Shown here: positions 20,482-30,181 of the stretch, piece by piece
Layout of the letters: every line of letters starts with the position of its first letter
Position numbering within the stretch: the stretch's first letter is position 1
DNA from: Clostridia bacterium
GTDB lineage: Bacteria; Bacillota; Clostridia; Christensenellales; UBA3700
Length of the DNA stretch: 64,000 bases
Assembly (NCBI GenBank): GCA_029068165.1
Contig: JAIEDA010000004.1
Span: 7,756 to 71,755, forward strand
Direction: 5' to 3'
Notes under the pieces: generated by a model
Databases searched by the model: none
What the model was told of the DNA's origin: nothing
Seen by the model: the letters and a program-made list of their open reading frames with translations, nothing else
Position numbers and translations under genes: made by a program

Positions 20482-22599
20482 ATGTACGTAATTAAGAAAG
20501 ACGGAACGAAAGAAGCTTACAACGTAGAAAAAGTCGTGACAGCGGTCAACAAATCCGCTTTCCGCGCGCTTGTCAAATTTAGTGACGAAGATATTGAGTT
20601 TATATGCGACTTCGTAAACAAGAAAGTTGCGGCTATGAACAAGGAATTTGTCAGCATTAGCGAAATGCATAACGTGGTCGAGTACGCGCTTGAATCGCTC
20701 AACCCCGCCGTTGCAAAAAGCTACAAAGACTATCGCAACTACAAACAAGATTTCGTACATATGCTTGACGAGGTTTACAAGAAGAGCCAAGCTATTATGT
20801 ATATCGGCGACAAGGAAAACTCCAACTCGGACTCGGCATTGGTTTCGACCAAGAGAAGTCTTATATTTAATCAACTTAATAAGGAGCTCTATCAAAAGTT
20901 TTTCCTCACCAAAGAGGAACTGCAGGCTTGTAGAGACGGATATATCTATATTCACGATATGTCGGCAAGGCGCGACACTATGAACTGCTGTCTATTCGAC
21001 GTGGCGACCGTGCTCAAAGGCGGTTTTGAAATGGGCAATATTTGGTACAACGAGCCAAAGACGTTGGACGTAGCTTTCGACGTAATCGGCGACATAGTAC
21101 TTTCCGCCGCAAGCCAACAGTACGGCGGCTTTACCGTACCGCAAGTAGATAAGATATTGGAACCTTACGCCGAAAAGACTTTCAAAAAGCAATTTGAAAG
21201 ATATACGGATATGGGTCTTAACAAAGAAAGAGCCGAAGAAGAAGCGATCAAAGACGTAAGAAAAGATATGATGCAAGGCTTCCAAGGCTGGGAGTATAAG
21301 TTTAATACCGTAGCGTCGTCTAGAGGCGATTATCCTTTTATCACTATTACGGGCGGTTTAGGAACTTCTAGATTTGCTAAAATGGCAAACATTTGTATGT
21401 TGGAAGTCAGAAAGAACGGTCAAGGCAAAAAAGAATGCAAAAAGCCTGTGCTCTTCCCCAAAATCGTATTCCTTTACGACGAAAAACTTCACGGCGAGGG
21501 CGGTCCTCTAGCCGACGTTTTTGAAGCGGGCGTAGAATGTTCGTCCAAGACGATGTACCCCGACTGGCTGTCTTTGACGGGCGAAGGATACGTAGCTAGC
21601 ATATACAAAAAATACGGCGAAGTCATCTCGCCAATGGGTTGTAGGGCGTTCCTCTCCCCTTGGTACGAGCGCGGAGGAATGTACCCCGCCGACGAGAACG
21701 ATAAGCCGGTATTCGTAGGAAGATTTAATATCGGCGCGGTAAGTTTGCACCTGCCTATGATTTACGCGCAGTCCAAACAAGAATCCAGAGATTTCTACGA
21801 AGTGCTCGATTATTACTTGCAACTCATTCGTCAGTTGCACGTCCGCACTTACGAATATCTCGGACAAATGAGAGCTTCCACCAATCCTCTAGCTTATTGC
21901 GAGGGCGGTTTCTACGGCGGACATCTCAAGTACAGCGACAAAATCGCTCCCCTTCTCAAGGCTTCAACGGCTTCTTTCGGCATAACCGCGCTCAACGAGC
22001 TTCAGGAACTTTACAACAAAAAGTCTATTGCCGAGGACGGTCAATTCGCTTTGGAAGTTATGGAGTTTATCAACAAGCGTATCAACGAATTTAAAGAAGA
22101 GGATCATATTCTCTACGCTATGTACGGCACGCCCGCGGAAAGCCTTTGCGGACTTCAAGTCGAACAGTTTAGAAGCAAATTCGGTATCGTCAAAAACGTC
22201 AGCGATAGACCGTACGTAACCAACTCTTTCCACTGCCACGTTTCCGAAGACTTGACGCCTATCCAAAAACAAAACTTAGAAAAGAGATTTTGGGACTTGC
22301 TCAACGGCGGAAAAATTCAGTACGTGAAGTACCCTATCGACTACAATAAGGAAGCTATCCGCACCTTGATAAGACGCGCTATGTCGATGGGCTTTTACGA
22401 GGGCGTAAACCTCTCGCTCGCCTACTGCGACGATTGCGGCCACCAAGAACTAAGTATGGACGTATGCCCCAAGTGCGGCAGTCGTAACCTTACCAAAATC
22501 GATAGAATGAACGGATATTTGTCCTATTCGAGAGTAAAGGGCGACACCCGACTTAACGCGGCAAAGATGGCTGAAATACAAGACAGGAAGAGTATGTAA
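20482..22599 (+). CDS. nrdD: Anaerobic (class III) ribonucleoside-triphosphate reductase
   Basis: ATP-cone MYVIKKDG, YIHD, NCCL, MGCRAF, CDDCG..CPKCG zinc site and RMNGYL glycyl-radical loop. Confidence 0.96.
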   Translation: MYVIKKDGTKEAYNVEKVVTAVNKSAFRALVKFSDEDIEFICDFVNKKVAAMNKEFVSISEMHNVVEYALESLNPAVAKSYKDYRNYKQDFVHMLDEVYKKSQAIMYIGDKENSNSDSALVSTKRSLIFNQLNKELYQKFFLTKEELQACRDGYIYIHDMSARRDTMNCCLFDVATVLKGGFEMGNIWYNEPKTLDVAFDVIGDIVLSAASQQYGGFTVPQVDKILEPYAEKTFKKQFERYTDMGLNKERAEEEAIKDVRKDMMQGFQGWEYKFNTVASSRGDYPFITITGGLGTSRFAKMANICMLEVRKNGQGKKECKKPVLFPKIVFLYDEKLHGEGGPLADVFEAGVECSSKTMYPDWLSLTGEGYVASIYKKYGEVISPMGCRAFLSPWYERGGMYPADENDKPVFVGRFNIGAVSLHLPMIYAQSKQESRDFYEVLDYYLQLIRQLHVRTYEYLGQMRASTNPLAYCEGGFYGGHLKYSDKIAPLLKASTASFGITALNELQELYNKKSIAEDGQFALEVMEFINKRINEFKEEDHILYAMYGTPAESLCGLQVEQFRSKFGIVKNVSDRPYVTNSFHCHVSEDLTPIQKQNLEKRFWDLLNGGKIQYVKYPIDYNKEAIRTLIRRAMSMGFYEGVNLSLAYCDDCGHQELSMDVCPKCGSRNLTKIDRMNGYLSYSRVKGDTRLNAAKMAEIQDRKSM

Positions 22600-22601
22600 C
22601 T

Positions 22602-23090
22602 ATGCGCTATCACAATATTACTAAAGACGATATGCTCAACGGCGACGGCTTGAGGGTCGTGCTGTGGGTAGCGGGTTGCGCTCACCACTGCAAAGACTGT
22701 CAAAACCCTATCACTTGGGACGTAAACGGCGGACTGGAATTTGACGAAAACGCCAAACAAGAGATTTTTGACGAACTCGCAAAATCTTACGTTTCGGGAA
22801 TAACTTTCTCAGGCGGCGACCCATTGCACCCCGCAAACAGACAGCCGATAACCGAGCTTGCAAAAGAAATAAAGAAGAAATTCCCCAAAAAGACTATTTG
22901 GCTATATAGCGGCTATGAGTGGGAAGAAATAAAGGAACTGCCGATAGTCCCCTACCTCGACGTCGTAGTAGACGGCAAATTCGTAGCCAAGCTTTTGGAC
23001 GCGCAACTGCATTGGAAAGGCTCTAGCAACCAAAGAGTAATCGACGTGCCGGCAACGCTAAAGTCAGGCGAAGTAGTACTGCACGCTTAA
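22602..23090 (+). CDS. nrdG: Anaerobic RNR activating enzyme (radical SAM)
   Basis: NGDGLRVVLWVAGCAHHCKDC (CxxxCxxC), SGGDPL, GSSNQRVID. Confidence 0.96.
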   Translation: MRYHNITKDDMLNGDGLRVVLWVAGCAHHCKDCQNPITWDVNGGLEFDENAKQEIFDELAKSYVSGITFSGGDPLHPANRQPITELAKEIKKKFPKKTIWLYSGYEWEEIKELPIVPYLDVVVDGKFVAKLLDAQLHWKGSSNQRVIDVPATLKSGEVVLHA

Positions 23091-23120
23091 GAGGATTTTG
23101 AATTAGCTGCGGATAAAAGA

Positions 23121-23152
23121 TAAAAAGACGCGACGTCAAGTCGCGTCTTTTT
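23121..23152 (+). terminator. Intrinsic terminator after nrdG
   Basis: AAAAAGACGCGAC-gtcaa-GTCGCGTCTTTTT, bidirectional form. Confidence 0.8.
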
Positions 23153-23283
23153 CGTGGACGACCAGGCTGAGCGCAGCCTAGTGTGATAGAGTTGTAGCGT
23201 CCAAGGCGGTAAGCCAAAACGTTTGAGATATTTCGACTTCGCCCAATATGACGATTGTATAAGATCTACGTCGTAAAAATTAA

Positions 23284-23480
23284 TGGCGGTATCAATAGAA
23301 TTACCTACCAATATTGTTCGGCGGGAAGGTAGATAGGCAATGAATAAAAAGATAGATTTTTTGTCGAATTGCATTTTCTCGAACCGCGTAATACTTGCTG
23401 TATTATGCGTGTGAGAAAAATGTTTAGTCGGCGGAAAAGATACTTTTTAGAATTGACTTGCCTACCTTATCCGCCGAACG
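23284..23480 (+). repeat. Palindromic element family B (about 195 bp)
   Basis: TGGCGGTATCAATAGAAT...GTTCGGCGG-GAAGGTAG...CCTACCTTATCCGCCGAAC long imperfect inverted repeat, homologous to 18773-18967. Preceded by a family C copy at 23224-23253. Confidence 0.8.
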
Positions 23481-23483
23481 CAA

Positions 23484-23990
23484 TTACCTAGTAGTTGAAC
23501 CAAAGCCGCCGTCGCGCTTTGCGCTGACTTCGTCGTCAAACGTTATGCCGTATTCGATAAATATGCCCTGCGCAAAACCGTCGCCGCTATTGACTACTAC
23601 GGTTTTGTTTTCGTTGGTCGCGTTGGTCAGCTTGCAAAAGATATGTCCTTCGTTGGACGAGTTGAAATAATCGCTGTCGATAATTCCAACCGTATTGTTG
23701 AGCTGAAGTCTAAACTTGAAGCCAAGTCCGCTTCTAGGATAGCATTTGAGCACCCAATTTTCTAAGATTTCCACGCGTATGCCGGTGGGTATTTTTATCG
23801 TTTCGTTGGGTTTGATTTCTATCTTGACGGGCGCGAAAAAGTCGTACCCTGCCGAACCTGTAGTCGCTCTTTTAGGCAGCTTTATACCGTCGTAAATCTC
23901 CTTGATATTATCGTTTTCTCCAAACGTATCTATCCAATCCTTTTCAAACTGTTTGAAAGAAACTTTGTGAAATTTTCCTACTCTTTGCAT
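23484..23990 (-). CDS. dut: dUTP diphosphatase (trimeric)
   Basis: PKRATTGSAGYDF, PRSGLG, GIIDSDY, AQGIF, RDGGFGST motifs I-V. Confidence 0.95.
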   Translation of the reverse strand: MQRVGKFHKVSFKQFEKDWIDTFGENDNIKEIYDGIKLPKRATTGSAGYDFFAPVKIEIKPNETIKIPTGIRVEILENWVLKCYPRSGLGFKFRLQLNNTVGIIDSDYFNSSNEGHIFCKLTNATNENKTVVVNSGDGFAQGIFIEYGITFDDEVSAKRDGGFGSTTR

Positions 23991-24020
23991 TTTTATCTCT
24001 CCGTAAATTTATTATTTTTT

Positions 24021-24962
24021 CTAGTTGAACGTAGCAAGTTCTTGCTCGGGTTTTTGCGTTTTTTCTATAGATATAGCCTCAAAAATAGGACCTTCGCCCT
24101 CATACACTTCGTGTTTCCCAAAGCGTATCTTTGCGATAATTTTTACCCAATCGCGTTTTTTCAAGTCTATCGTTTGGGTATAAGTACATACGAACGCGCC
24201 GTAGAAAATATCCGCCTCGCAACACGTCATTATGTGTCTGCCGACGACTATAGTCTTTTTAGGGAGCGTCTTGTCCACCGCAACAATACCTTTGAAAGAA
24301 AGGATTTTACCCTCGTATTTTTTGCCGTCCTCGACCAAATCTCTATAAAATTCCGCGTAATCCTCGTCCTTTATTTCGACGATACGCGCGTTGAGATCGT
24401 ACGGCAACGGATCGGGAATATTGTCAGGCTCGACGTGTCCGTCAAGGTACTCGTAGAGTATTTCTATTCTCCTGCCGGCGGCGCGTACGATTTTGTGAAA
24501 TTCGTTTTTATCTTTCTTATCGTCGAAACGGTTGAAGATAACCGCTTCGCTCGCTTGCATTTTGTCAAAAGTAAGCTGGCGCATATTCGTATTGTAGTTG
24601 AAAAAAGTATTGCTGTCCGCAATCATAAGTATTTGCGCCATTACCCAGTCGTCGGGAAGCAAATCGAAAAACTTGCTCACCTCCAACATTCCGTTGTACT
24701 CGACGATAACTCGCTTGATTTTATGCTTTTTCGCGAGCATAGTAAGCGTATCGGAAGTTATATCGTCAATATCTTCGATAATCTCGATATGCACGTTGTC
24801 GCTTGCGAAAAACTCAGGTCGATACTCCTCTTCGCCCTCTTCAAAGACGAGCAAGAGCGTCTTTTCGCCCTCGTTGAATCTCTCGTCGCTCATCATTTCC
24901 TGTATGAACTTGGTCTTTCCGCTTTCCAAAAAACCCGTAAACAAATATACCGGTATTTCCAT
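24021..24962 (-). CDS. CobW-like P-loop protein with C-terminal MTCC.ADI (TIGR03943-like) domain
   Basis: VYLFTGFLESGKT, IVEYNG, VIFNR, and C-terminal VVGRHIMTCCEADI. Follows the COG0523 gene. Confidence 0.75.
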   Translation of the reverse strand: MEIPVYLFTGFLESGKTKFIQEMMSDERFNEGEKTLLLVFEEGEEEYRPEFFASDNVHIEIIEDIDDITSDTLTMLAKKHKIKRVIVEYNGMLEVSKFFDLLPDDWVMAQILMIADSNTFFNYNTNMRQLTFDKMQASEAVIFNRFDDKKDKNEFHKIVRAAGRRIEILYEYLDGHVEPDNIPDPLPYDLNARIVEIKDEDYAEFYRDLVEDGKKYEGKILSFKGIVAVDKTLPKKTIVVGRHIMTCCEADIFYGAFVCTYTQTIDLKKRDWVKIIAKIRFGKHEVYEGEGPIFEAISIEKTQKPEQELATFN

Positions 24963-24970
24963 TATCTCTC

Positions 24971-26029
24971 CTATTTCACGCCAAAAAGCTTAGCAAGCTT
25001 AGCTTCGTCTATCTTGCAACCTATCACGCAAATTCTTCCTATTACTTCACTGCTGCCCAATCTCACGTCTACTTCTTCGGGTACGTAGTCGAAGTGTATC
25101 CACTCGTCGCCCTCGCCTCTTACGATACCCTTAGCTCTAAGTATCGTACCGTACTCGCCGCTATCCAGCGCGGAAAGTATAGACTTGACCTTTTCTTGGG
25201 TATAAACGTTTGCCGTTTCCTTTCCCCAACTCGTAAACACCTCGTCCGCGTCGTGACCGTGGTGATGATGCTCGTGGTGGTGATGTCCGCAGCCGCACTC
25301 TTCGTCGTGCTTGTGCTCGTGATGGTGATGTCCGCAGCCGCACTCTTCGTCGTGCTTGTGCTCGTGATGGTGATGTCCGCCGCAAACGGGACATACTTCC
25401 TCTTCTTCAAGAGCTTTCATTTGCTTGAGCAACGTGCTATCGTTGGTCATTGCGTCAAAGAGCTTCGCTCCGTCTAGTTTGTCCCACTCGGTCGTAACTA
25501 TAACGGCTTGGGGATTGAGCTCCTTTACAGTGTCAATGCAAAATTCCAGCTTGTCCGCCTCGATTCCCGTCGTATGGCTCAATACCACGCATTTTGCTTC
25601 CTGTATTTGGTTTTTATAAAACTCGCCGAAGTTTTTGAGATAAGTCTTGCACTTTTTTGCGTCGACTACGGCGGTGAGCGAGGAAATTTCACTGTCGGGA
25701 AGTTCGGCTGAAAGCACGGCTTTCAAAACGTCGCTGAGCTTTCCTACGCCCGACGGTTCGATTATAATTCTATCGGGAGCGTACTCCTCGTAGACTTTGT
25801 TGAGCGCTTTTTTGAAGTCGCCGACGAGCGAACAACAAATACAGCCGCTGTTCATTTCGTTTATTTGAATACCCGCTTCTTTCAAGAAGCCTCCGTCGAT
25901 ACCTATATCGCCAAACTCGTTTTCAATAAGCACGATTTTTTGACCTTTGAGCGCGGACGACAACAATTTCTTGATCAAAGTCGTCTTTCCCGCTCCCAAG
26001 AAACCCGAAATAATATCAATTTTCAACAT
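24971..26029 (-). CDS. COG0523/CobW-family G3E metallochaperone GTPase with His/Cys-rich linker
   Basis: SGFLGAGKTT, ENEFG, GCICCS, IEPSGVG, His-rich linker and CobW_C LRAKG. Confidence 0.92.
   Translation of the reverse strand: MLKIDIISGFLGAGKTTLIKKLLSSALKGQKIVLIENEFGDIGIDGGFLKEAGIQINEMNSGCICCSLVGDFKKALNKVYEEYAPDRIIIEPSGVGKLSDVLKAVLSAELPDSEISSLTAVVDAKKCKTYLKNFGEFYKNQIQEAKCVVLSHTTGIEADKLEFCIDTVKELNPQAVIVTTEWDKLDGAKLFDAMTNDSTLLKQMKALEEEEVCPVCGGHHHHEHKHDEECGCGHHHHEHKHDEECGCGHHHHEHHHHGHDADEVFTSWGKETANVYTQEKVKSILSALDSGEYGTILRAKGIVRGEGDEWIHFDYVPEEVDVRLGSSEVIGRICVIGCKIDEAKLAKLFGVK
25281..25380. repeat. Exact 45-bp coding tandem repeat (about 2.2 copies)
   Basis: TGATGTCCGCAGCCGCACTCTTCGTCGTGCTTGTGCTCGTGATGG repeated; encodes HHHHEHKHDEECGCG on the minus strand. 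Confidence 0.9.
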
Positions 26030-26175
26030 TTTAACAACCTCCTGCCCGTCTAGAATAAATCTCGTTGTGTTTTATTCTATACTCGCAATATTATATTTTG
26101 TTTGGATTCTATTTGTTTGGATTCTATATTGTATTATTTATATGTTTACGCATTTTTAGTACGCTTTTATCTTGA

Positions 26176-27738
26176 TTACTTTGTGAATACGAACGTAGTG
26201 ACGGACTTGCCGCTTAAGGTTACGCTTCCCTTGTTTTCGTACTCGCGTATTTGCCAATTTACGTCGGCGTTGGTCGTGATTTCCTTGACGTTGGCGTATC
26301 CGCCGTTGATTTTGATTTTACGCTCGCTTTCGCTGTCGTTGAGCGCTATTAAAGTTATACTTCCGTCCAAGTTTTTGAACGCTACGCACTCCACGCCGTT
26401 CATACTCAAAAAGTCCGAATAACCTGCTTTTATCCTCACGCTTCCCTCGCTTATATACTTGGAAAACTGACCCATTACGTAGTATCTCTTCGTCACGTCT
26501 AAAGAGTGGTTGGAGCGTTCGCCCGTTTCCTTGTCCTCATCGTAGAACCAATATACGAGTCCGTCCTCGTATTCGCCGTTTTTCTCGTACGTGCTCTTTG
26601 CTATGGACAGCCACCATTGCCAATCGGTAGCGCCCAGTATCGCCAAATCTCTAAGCATAACTTTACCGCACCAAAGCCCCATATCTATACTGCGATCCAA
26701 GTTCCAAACCATCGTGCAGTATTCGCTTACGCTTACGCTGATTTGCGGATAGTAAGTAGCCATATATTCGGCGAAAACTTCTCTAAAGTACTTTGACTGG
26801 TCGGCTCCGTAAGAGTGAACGGAAATATGAGTAATATCTTGGAAATACTCGTACTTTTCAAACTCCGTCATATACTCGTTGAAATTAGTTCTCTTCGAGA
26901 GTACCATCTTGTAGTTGCCGCTTTCGAAGATATCCATAATATACTCGGTAGAATGAGCGGCGTTGAACGCCTTGAGTTTCTTATAGAAAACGTCGTAAAA
27001 CTCGGCAAGCTGCGCAGGGTCGTAGTGACATCCCTCTTGCGTAGCGCCCTCACCGCCCCAAGTCCATTGCGGTTCGTTGACGGGAGATATAAGTATCTCG
27101 ATATCGCTTGCGTATTTGCATACTATGTTTTGATAAAGATAGTCGACTATTACCAACATATAATCGGAAAAAGCCTCGTAACACTCGCGTTTTAGGTTGT
27201 TATCATAGCGATTTTCGCCGTGCGTTTTTCCGTTCAAAGTCATCAAATAATGCGGAGAATTTGCAAAGAAAACTATTTTTGATATATTGCCCGTTGCAAG
27301 CGCTCTTTCAAACAAATCTCTTACCGCCGCGTCTTTGCTGAAATCATAGTTGGACGGGTCGGCGAATACCGAATAATCTCCGTTGAAGTTTTCGGCGACG
27401 AAATAACTTTCAGCTCCCCTGAGCGGGTCTTCGTAACTATCGCTCTCCACTCCGCCCGCGCCGACGTTGTATCTAAAAGTATTGAGCGCAAGTCCGCTGT
27501 CGCCGTAGAGCATTTGCATAGCCGCGTCTTTGAAATCGTCGTCTTCGAGCGTTCCCAAATCTTGATATAGCCAAGCAGACGAAGCGCCGAAACCGTTCAT
27601 AGTTTGGTAAGTCTTAGACGCGTCCAAATTGATAGTCGTAGTCCCGAAATTCACAGCAAGCGCGTACACGCCGAACGAAATTCCAATGACGACGACAACG
27701 CATACGATAGCGACTAGCGCCTTGATTTTCTTATTCAT
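26176..27738 (-). CDS. Glycoside hydrolase family 30, N-terminally membrane-anchored
   Basis: YQTMNGFGASSAW, GLALNTFRYNVGAG, FANSPH, PVNEPQW (acid/base), QEGCHY, VSEYC (nucleophile), KRYYVMGQFSKYI. Confidence 0.88.
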   Translation of the reverse strand: MNKKIKALVAIVCVVVVIGISFGVYALAVNFGTTTINLDASKTYQTMNGFGASSAWLYQDLGTLEDDDFKDAAMQMLYGDSGLALNTFRYNVGAGGVESDSYEDPLRGAESYFVAENFNGDYSVFADPSNYDFSKDAAVRDLFERALATGNISKIVFFANSPHYLMTLNGKTHGENRYDNNLKRECYEAFSDYMLVIVDYLYQNIVCKYASDIEILISPVNEPQWTWGGEGATQEGCHYDPAQLAEFYDVFYKKLKAFNAAHSTEYIMDIFESGNYKMVLSKRTNFNEYMTEFEKYEYFQDITHISVHSYGADQSKYFREVFAEYMATYYPQISVSVSEYCTMVWNLDRSIDMGLWCGKVMLRDLAILGATDWQWWLSIAKSTYEKNGEYEDGLVYWFYDEDKETGERSNHSLDVTKRYYVMGQFSKYISEGSVRIKAGYSDFLSMNGVECVAFKNLDGSITLIALNDSESERKIKINGGYANVKEITTNADVNWQIREYENKGSVTLSGKSVTTFVFTK

Positions 27739-27762
27739 AAATTCTCCCTTTTACGCAATTTC

Positions 27763-29295
27763 TCAATCTTCCGACGGCGTCAGTACGAACGTCGTTATTG
27801 AATTCGCCGATACGCTGAGAGAGCCTCCGTATTCAAACTCGCTCGTCAGCCAATCGTTGTCCGCGTCGGTAGTAGTCTTGATTACGTTGCCGTAGCTTCC
27901 GTCTATTTTTATTTTCTTAGCTCTAGAACTGTCGTTGATTATCACGACGGCAATCCTGCCGTCCGTCTTTAGAAACGCCGCTATCTCCACGCCGTTCCAA
28001 CCCAAAGTATCCATATACTCCGTGCCTAGTCTTACGCTGCCCGTTTCAATATACTTGCTAAACTGCCCCAACGCGTAATATCGCTTTGTCACGAAAAGAT
28101 TGTTGTCTTTGGTATCCCAATATACAAGTCCGTTTTCATAGTCGTAGGTGGATACCGATAGCCAATAATTCCACGTAACGGCATTGAGCGTAACCAAATC
28201 TTTCATTACTACTTTAGCCGAATAGATACCCATATCGATACTCGGATCTACGCCGCTTTGCTGAACGCAGTATTCGCTAACGCAAAAGTCCATTCCGTTG
28301 TAACTTCTTTTTAGAAAGCTGTAAAGCAAATTGCGGGCGCGGTCATTGGTATCCACTTCGTAAGCGTGGGCTACAATTCTCTCTATGCTATCGAAATATT
28401 CGTATTTTGACATAGCTTTCATATATCTTTGGAAATAAGCTCCGCTAGCCGTGAGCTTGTAGGTCGAACTTTCAAAGATGTCCATTACGAAATCCGTGCC
28501 CTCTTGTAGATTGCGCTGTTTGAGCCTATTGTAGAACACGTCGTAAAACTCCGCCAAGACTTCGGGATCGTAATGACATCCTTCTTGCGAAACGTCTCTT
28601 CCGCCCCATTCGCCTTGAGGTTCATAGACGGGAGAAAGATATATCTTTATGGTCGGGTCGTATTTGCAAACGATTTTCCTATAAAGATTGCAAGCTATAA
28701 TATAAACGTAATCGCTGAACGCTTCGTAACACTCGGGTTTGAGATTGTTCTCGTACGCTTTGCTTGCGTTCGTATCTCCGTTTACCGTCATAAGATAGTG
28801 AGGGGAATTGACGTAAAATACTATTCGTTTGATTTGACCTTTGGACAGCGCTTTTTCAAACAACTCTCTCACGCCTTTATCTCTCGTGTTGAAGTCGTAG
28901 TTGGAAGGGTTGGAAAAAGCAGTATAATCTCCGTCAAATTTTTCAGCGACAAAGTAGCTCTCCGTCGCTCTCATAGGGTCGATGAAATCGCTTACCTCGC
29001 TGCTTCCCGCGCCGATATTGTATCTAAAAGTATTTAGCGCAAGACCGCTCTCGCCGTACAGCTTCTCTATAGCTTCTTCTTTGACCTCTTCGTCCTCTAT
29101 AAGTCCCAAATACTGATAAGTCCAAGCCGACGAAGCGCCAAACCCCTCGACCGTTTGGTGCTGCCTGTCCATTCTTATGCGCAATCCCGTGACGGCGTAG
29201 TTTACGATGACCGCGTAACCGCCCATAACGGCGCCAATTACGAGAAGTACCATACTTACTCCTATCGCCGTCAATTTAATCGCAAGTTTTTTCAT
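27763..29295 (-). CDS. Glycoside hydrolase family 30 paralogue, N-terminally membrane-anchored
   Basis: Colinear with the neighbouring gene: GFGASSAW, NTFRYNIGAG, PVYEPQG, QEGCHY, VSEYC, KRYYALGQFSKYI. Confidence 0.86.
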   Translation of the reverse strand: MKKLAIKLTAIGVSMVLLVIGAVMGGYAVIVNYAVTGLRIRMDRQHQTVEGFGASSAWTYQYLGLIEDEEVKEEAIEKLYGESGLALNTFRYNIGAGSSEVSDFIDPMRATESYFVAEKFDGDYTAFSNPSNYDFNTRDKGVRELFEKALSKGQIKRIVFYVNSPHYLMTVNGDTNASKAYENNLKPECYEAFSDYVYIIACNLYRKIVCKYDPTIKIYLSPVYEPQGEWGGRDVSQEGCHYDPEVLAEFYDVFYNRLKQRNLQEGTDFVMDIFESSTYKLTASGAYFQRYMKAMSKYEYFDSIERIVAHAYEVDTNDRARNLLYSFLKRSYNGMDFCVSEYCVQQSGVDPSIDMGIYSAKVVMKDLVTLNAVTWNYWLSVSTYDYENGLVYWDTKDNNLFVTKRYYALGQFSKYIETGSVRLGTEYMDTLGWNGVEIAAFLKTDGRIAVVIINDSSRAKKIKIDGSYGNVIKTTTDADNDWLTSEFEYGGSLSVSANSITTFVLTPSED

Positions 29296-29493
29296 ATTCC
29301 GTCCTTATTACGGTCGGCTTTGCAGCCCGCCGCATATTATAATAATATAAATATACAATTACATTTTAACAAAACCTAGTCTTTTCGTCAAGAAAATTGA
29401 CGGAATACGGGCTCTAACCCATCGATTTTTTCGGCGCTTTTATAACCCGCAAAAAACCTTCGTCGTATTTTGCAATTTTTTGTATCAAAATAA

Positions 29494-29598
29494 TTGACAA
29501 AGCAGCGTATAGTTTATATAATCAATTTGTTTAATAATTCTAAACTAAACGTTTATTATTGCCAAACTTAATAATTTTTAAGTTTAGAATTACTAAAC
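29494..29598 (+). promoter_or_regulatory. pot operon promoter with three GTTTA-N7-(T/C)AAAC operator-like palindromes
   Basis: TTGACA(29494)-17-TATAAT(29517). Palindromes at 29529, 29551 and 29582. Confidence 0.7.
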
Positions 29599-29631
29599 TT
29601 GCATATTTCAGGTCGTTTGGGAGGCAATCTT

Positions 29632-30165
29632 ATGGATTTGGGAATAAAAATTAAGCGTTTGCGACTGCAGTGCGGACTCACGCAAGAAGAGCTCGCCGAC
29701 AGGTGCGAACTGACAAAAGGATATATATCTCAGCTTGAAAACAATCTCACTTCTCCGTCGATTGCGACGCTTGTAGACATACTCGAAGTTTTGGGTAGCG
29801 ACCTTAAGTCTTTCTTCAACGAGGAAGTGGACGAAAAGATAGTCTACGACGAAAACGATTTCTTTGAAAAAGAGGACGGGGGCGAACTCATAACTTGGCT
29901 TGTTCCAAATTCGCTTAAAAACGAAATGGAACCGATTTTGCTGACCTTGCAGGCGGGCGAAAGCACGATGGAAGATATGCCCCACGAAGGCGAAGAATTC
30001 GGTTACGTGCTCCAGGGAAAAGCAACGCTTCACCTAGGAAAAAAGACCTACGAAATATCCGCAGGCAACTCTTTTTACTTTACGAGCAAGAAAAAACATT
30101 TTATTCAAAACTCAGGCGAAGAGCCTGCGAAAATACTTTGGGTATCAAGCCCGCCCACATTTTGA
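29632..30165 (+). CDS. XRE-HTH/cupin regulator (PuuR-like) of polyamine uptake
   Basis: MDLGIKIKRLR..LTQEELADRCELTKGYISQLEN plus cupin PHEGEEFGYV. SD GGAGG. Heads potABCD. Confidence 0.9.
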   Translation: MDLGIKIKRLRLQCGLTQEELADRCELTKGYISQLENNLTSPSIATLVDILEVLGSDLKSFFNEEVDEKIVYDENDFFEKEDGGELITWLVPNSLKNEMEPILLTLQAGESTMEDMPHEGEEFGYVLQGKATLHLGKKTYEISAGNSFYFTSKKKHFIQNSGEEPAKILWVSSPPTF

Positions 30166-30181
30166 TTAACGGAGCGACACT

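Noticed and set aside
23023-23374. Short ORFs between nrdG and dut
   Set aside because: They span a terminator and repeat elements B/C; no coding signals.
25261-25390. Possible CRISPR-like repeat
   Set aside because: Contiguous 45-bp in-frame tandem repeat without spacers, encoding a His-rich linker. No cas genes.
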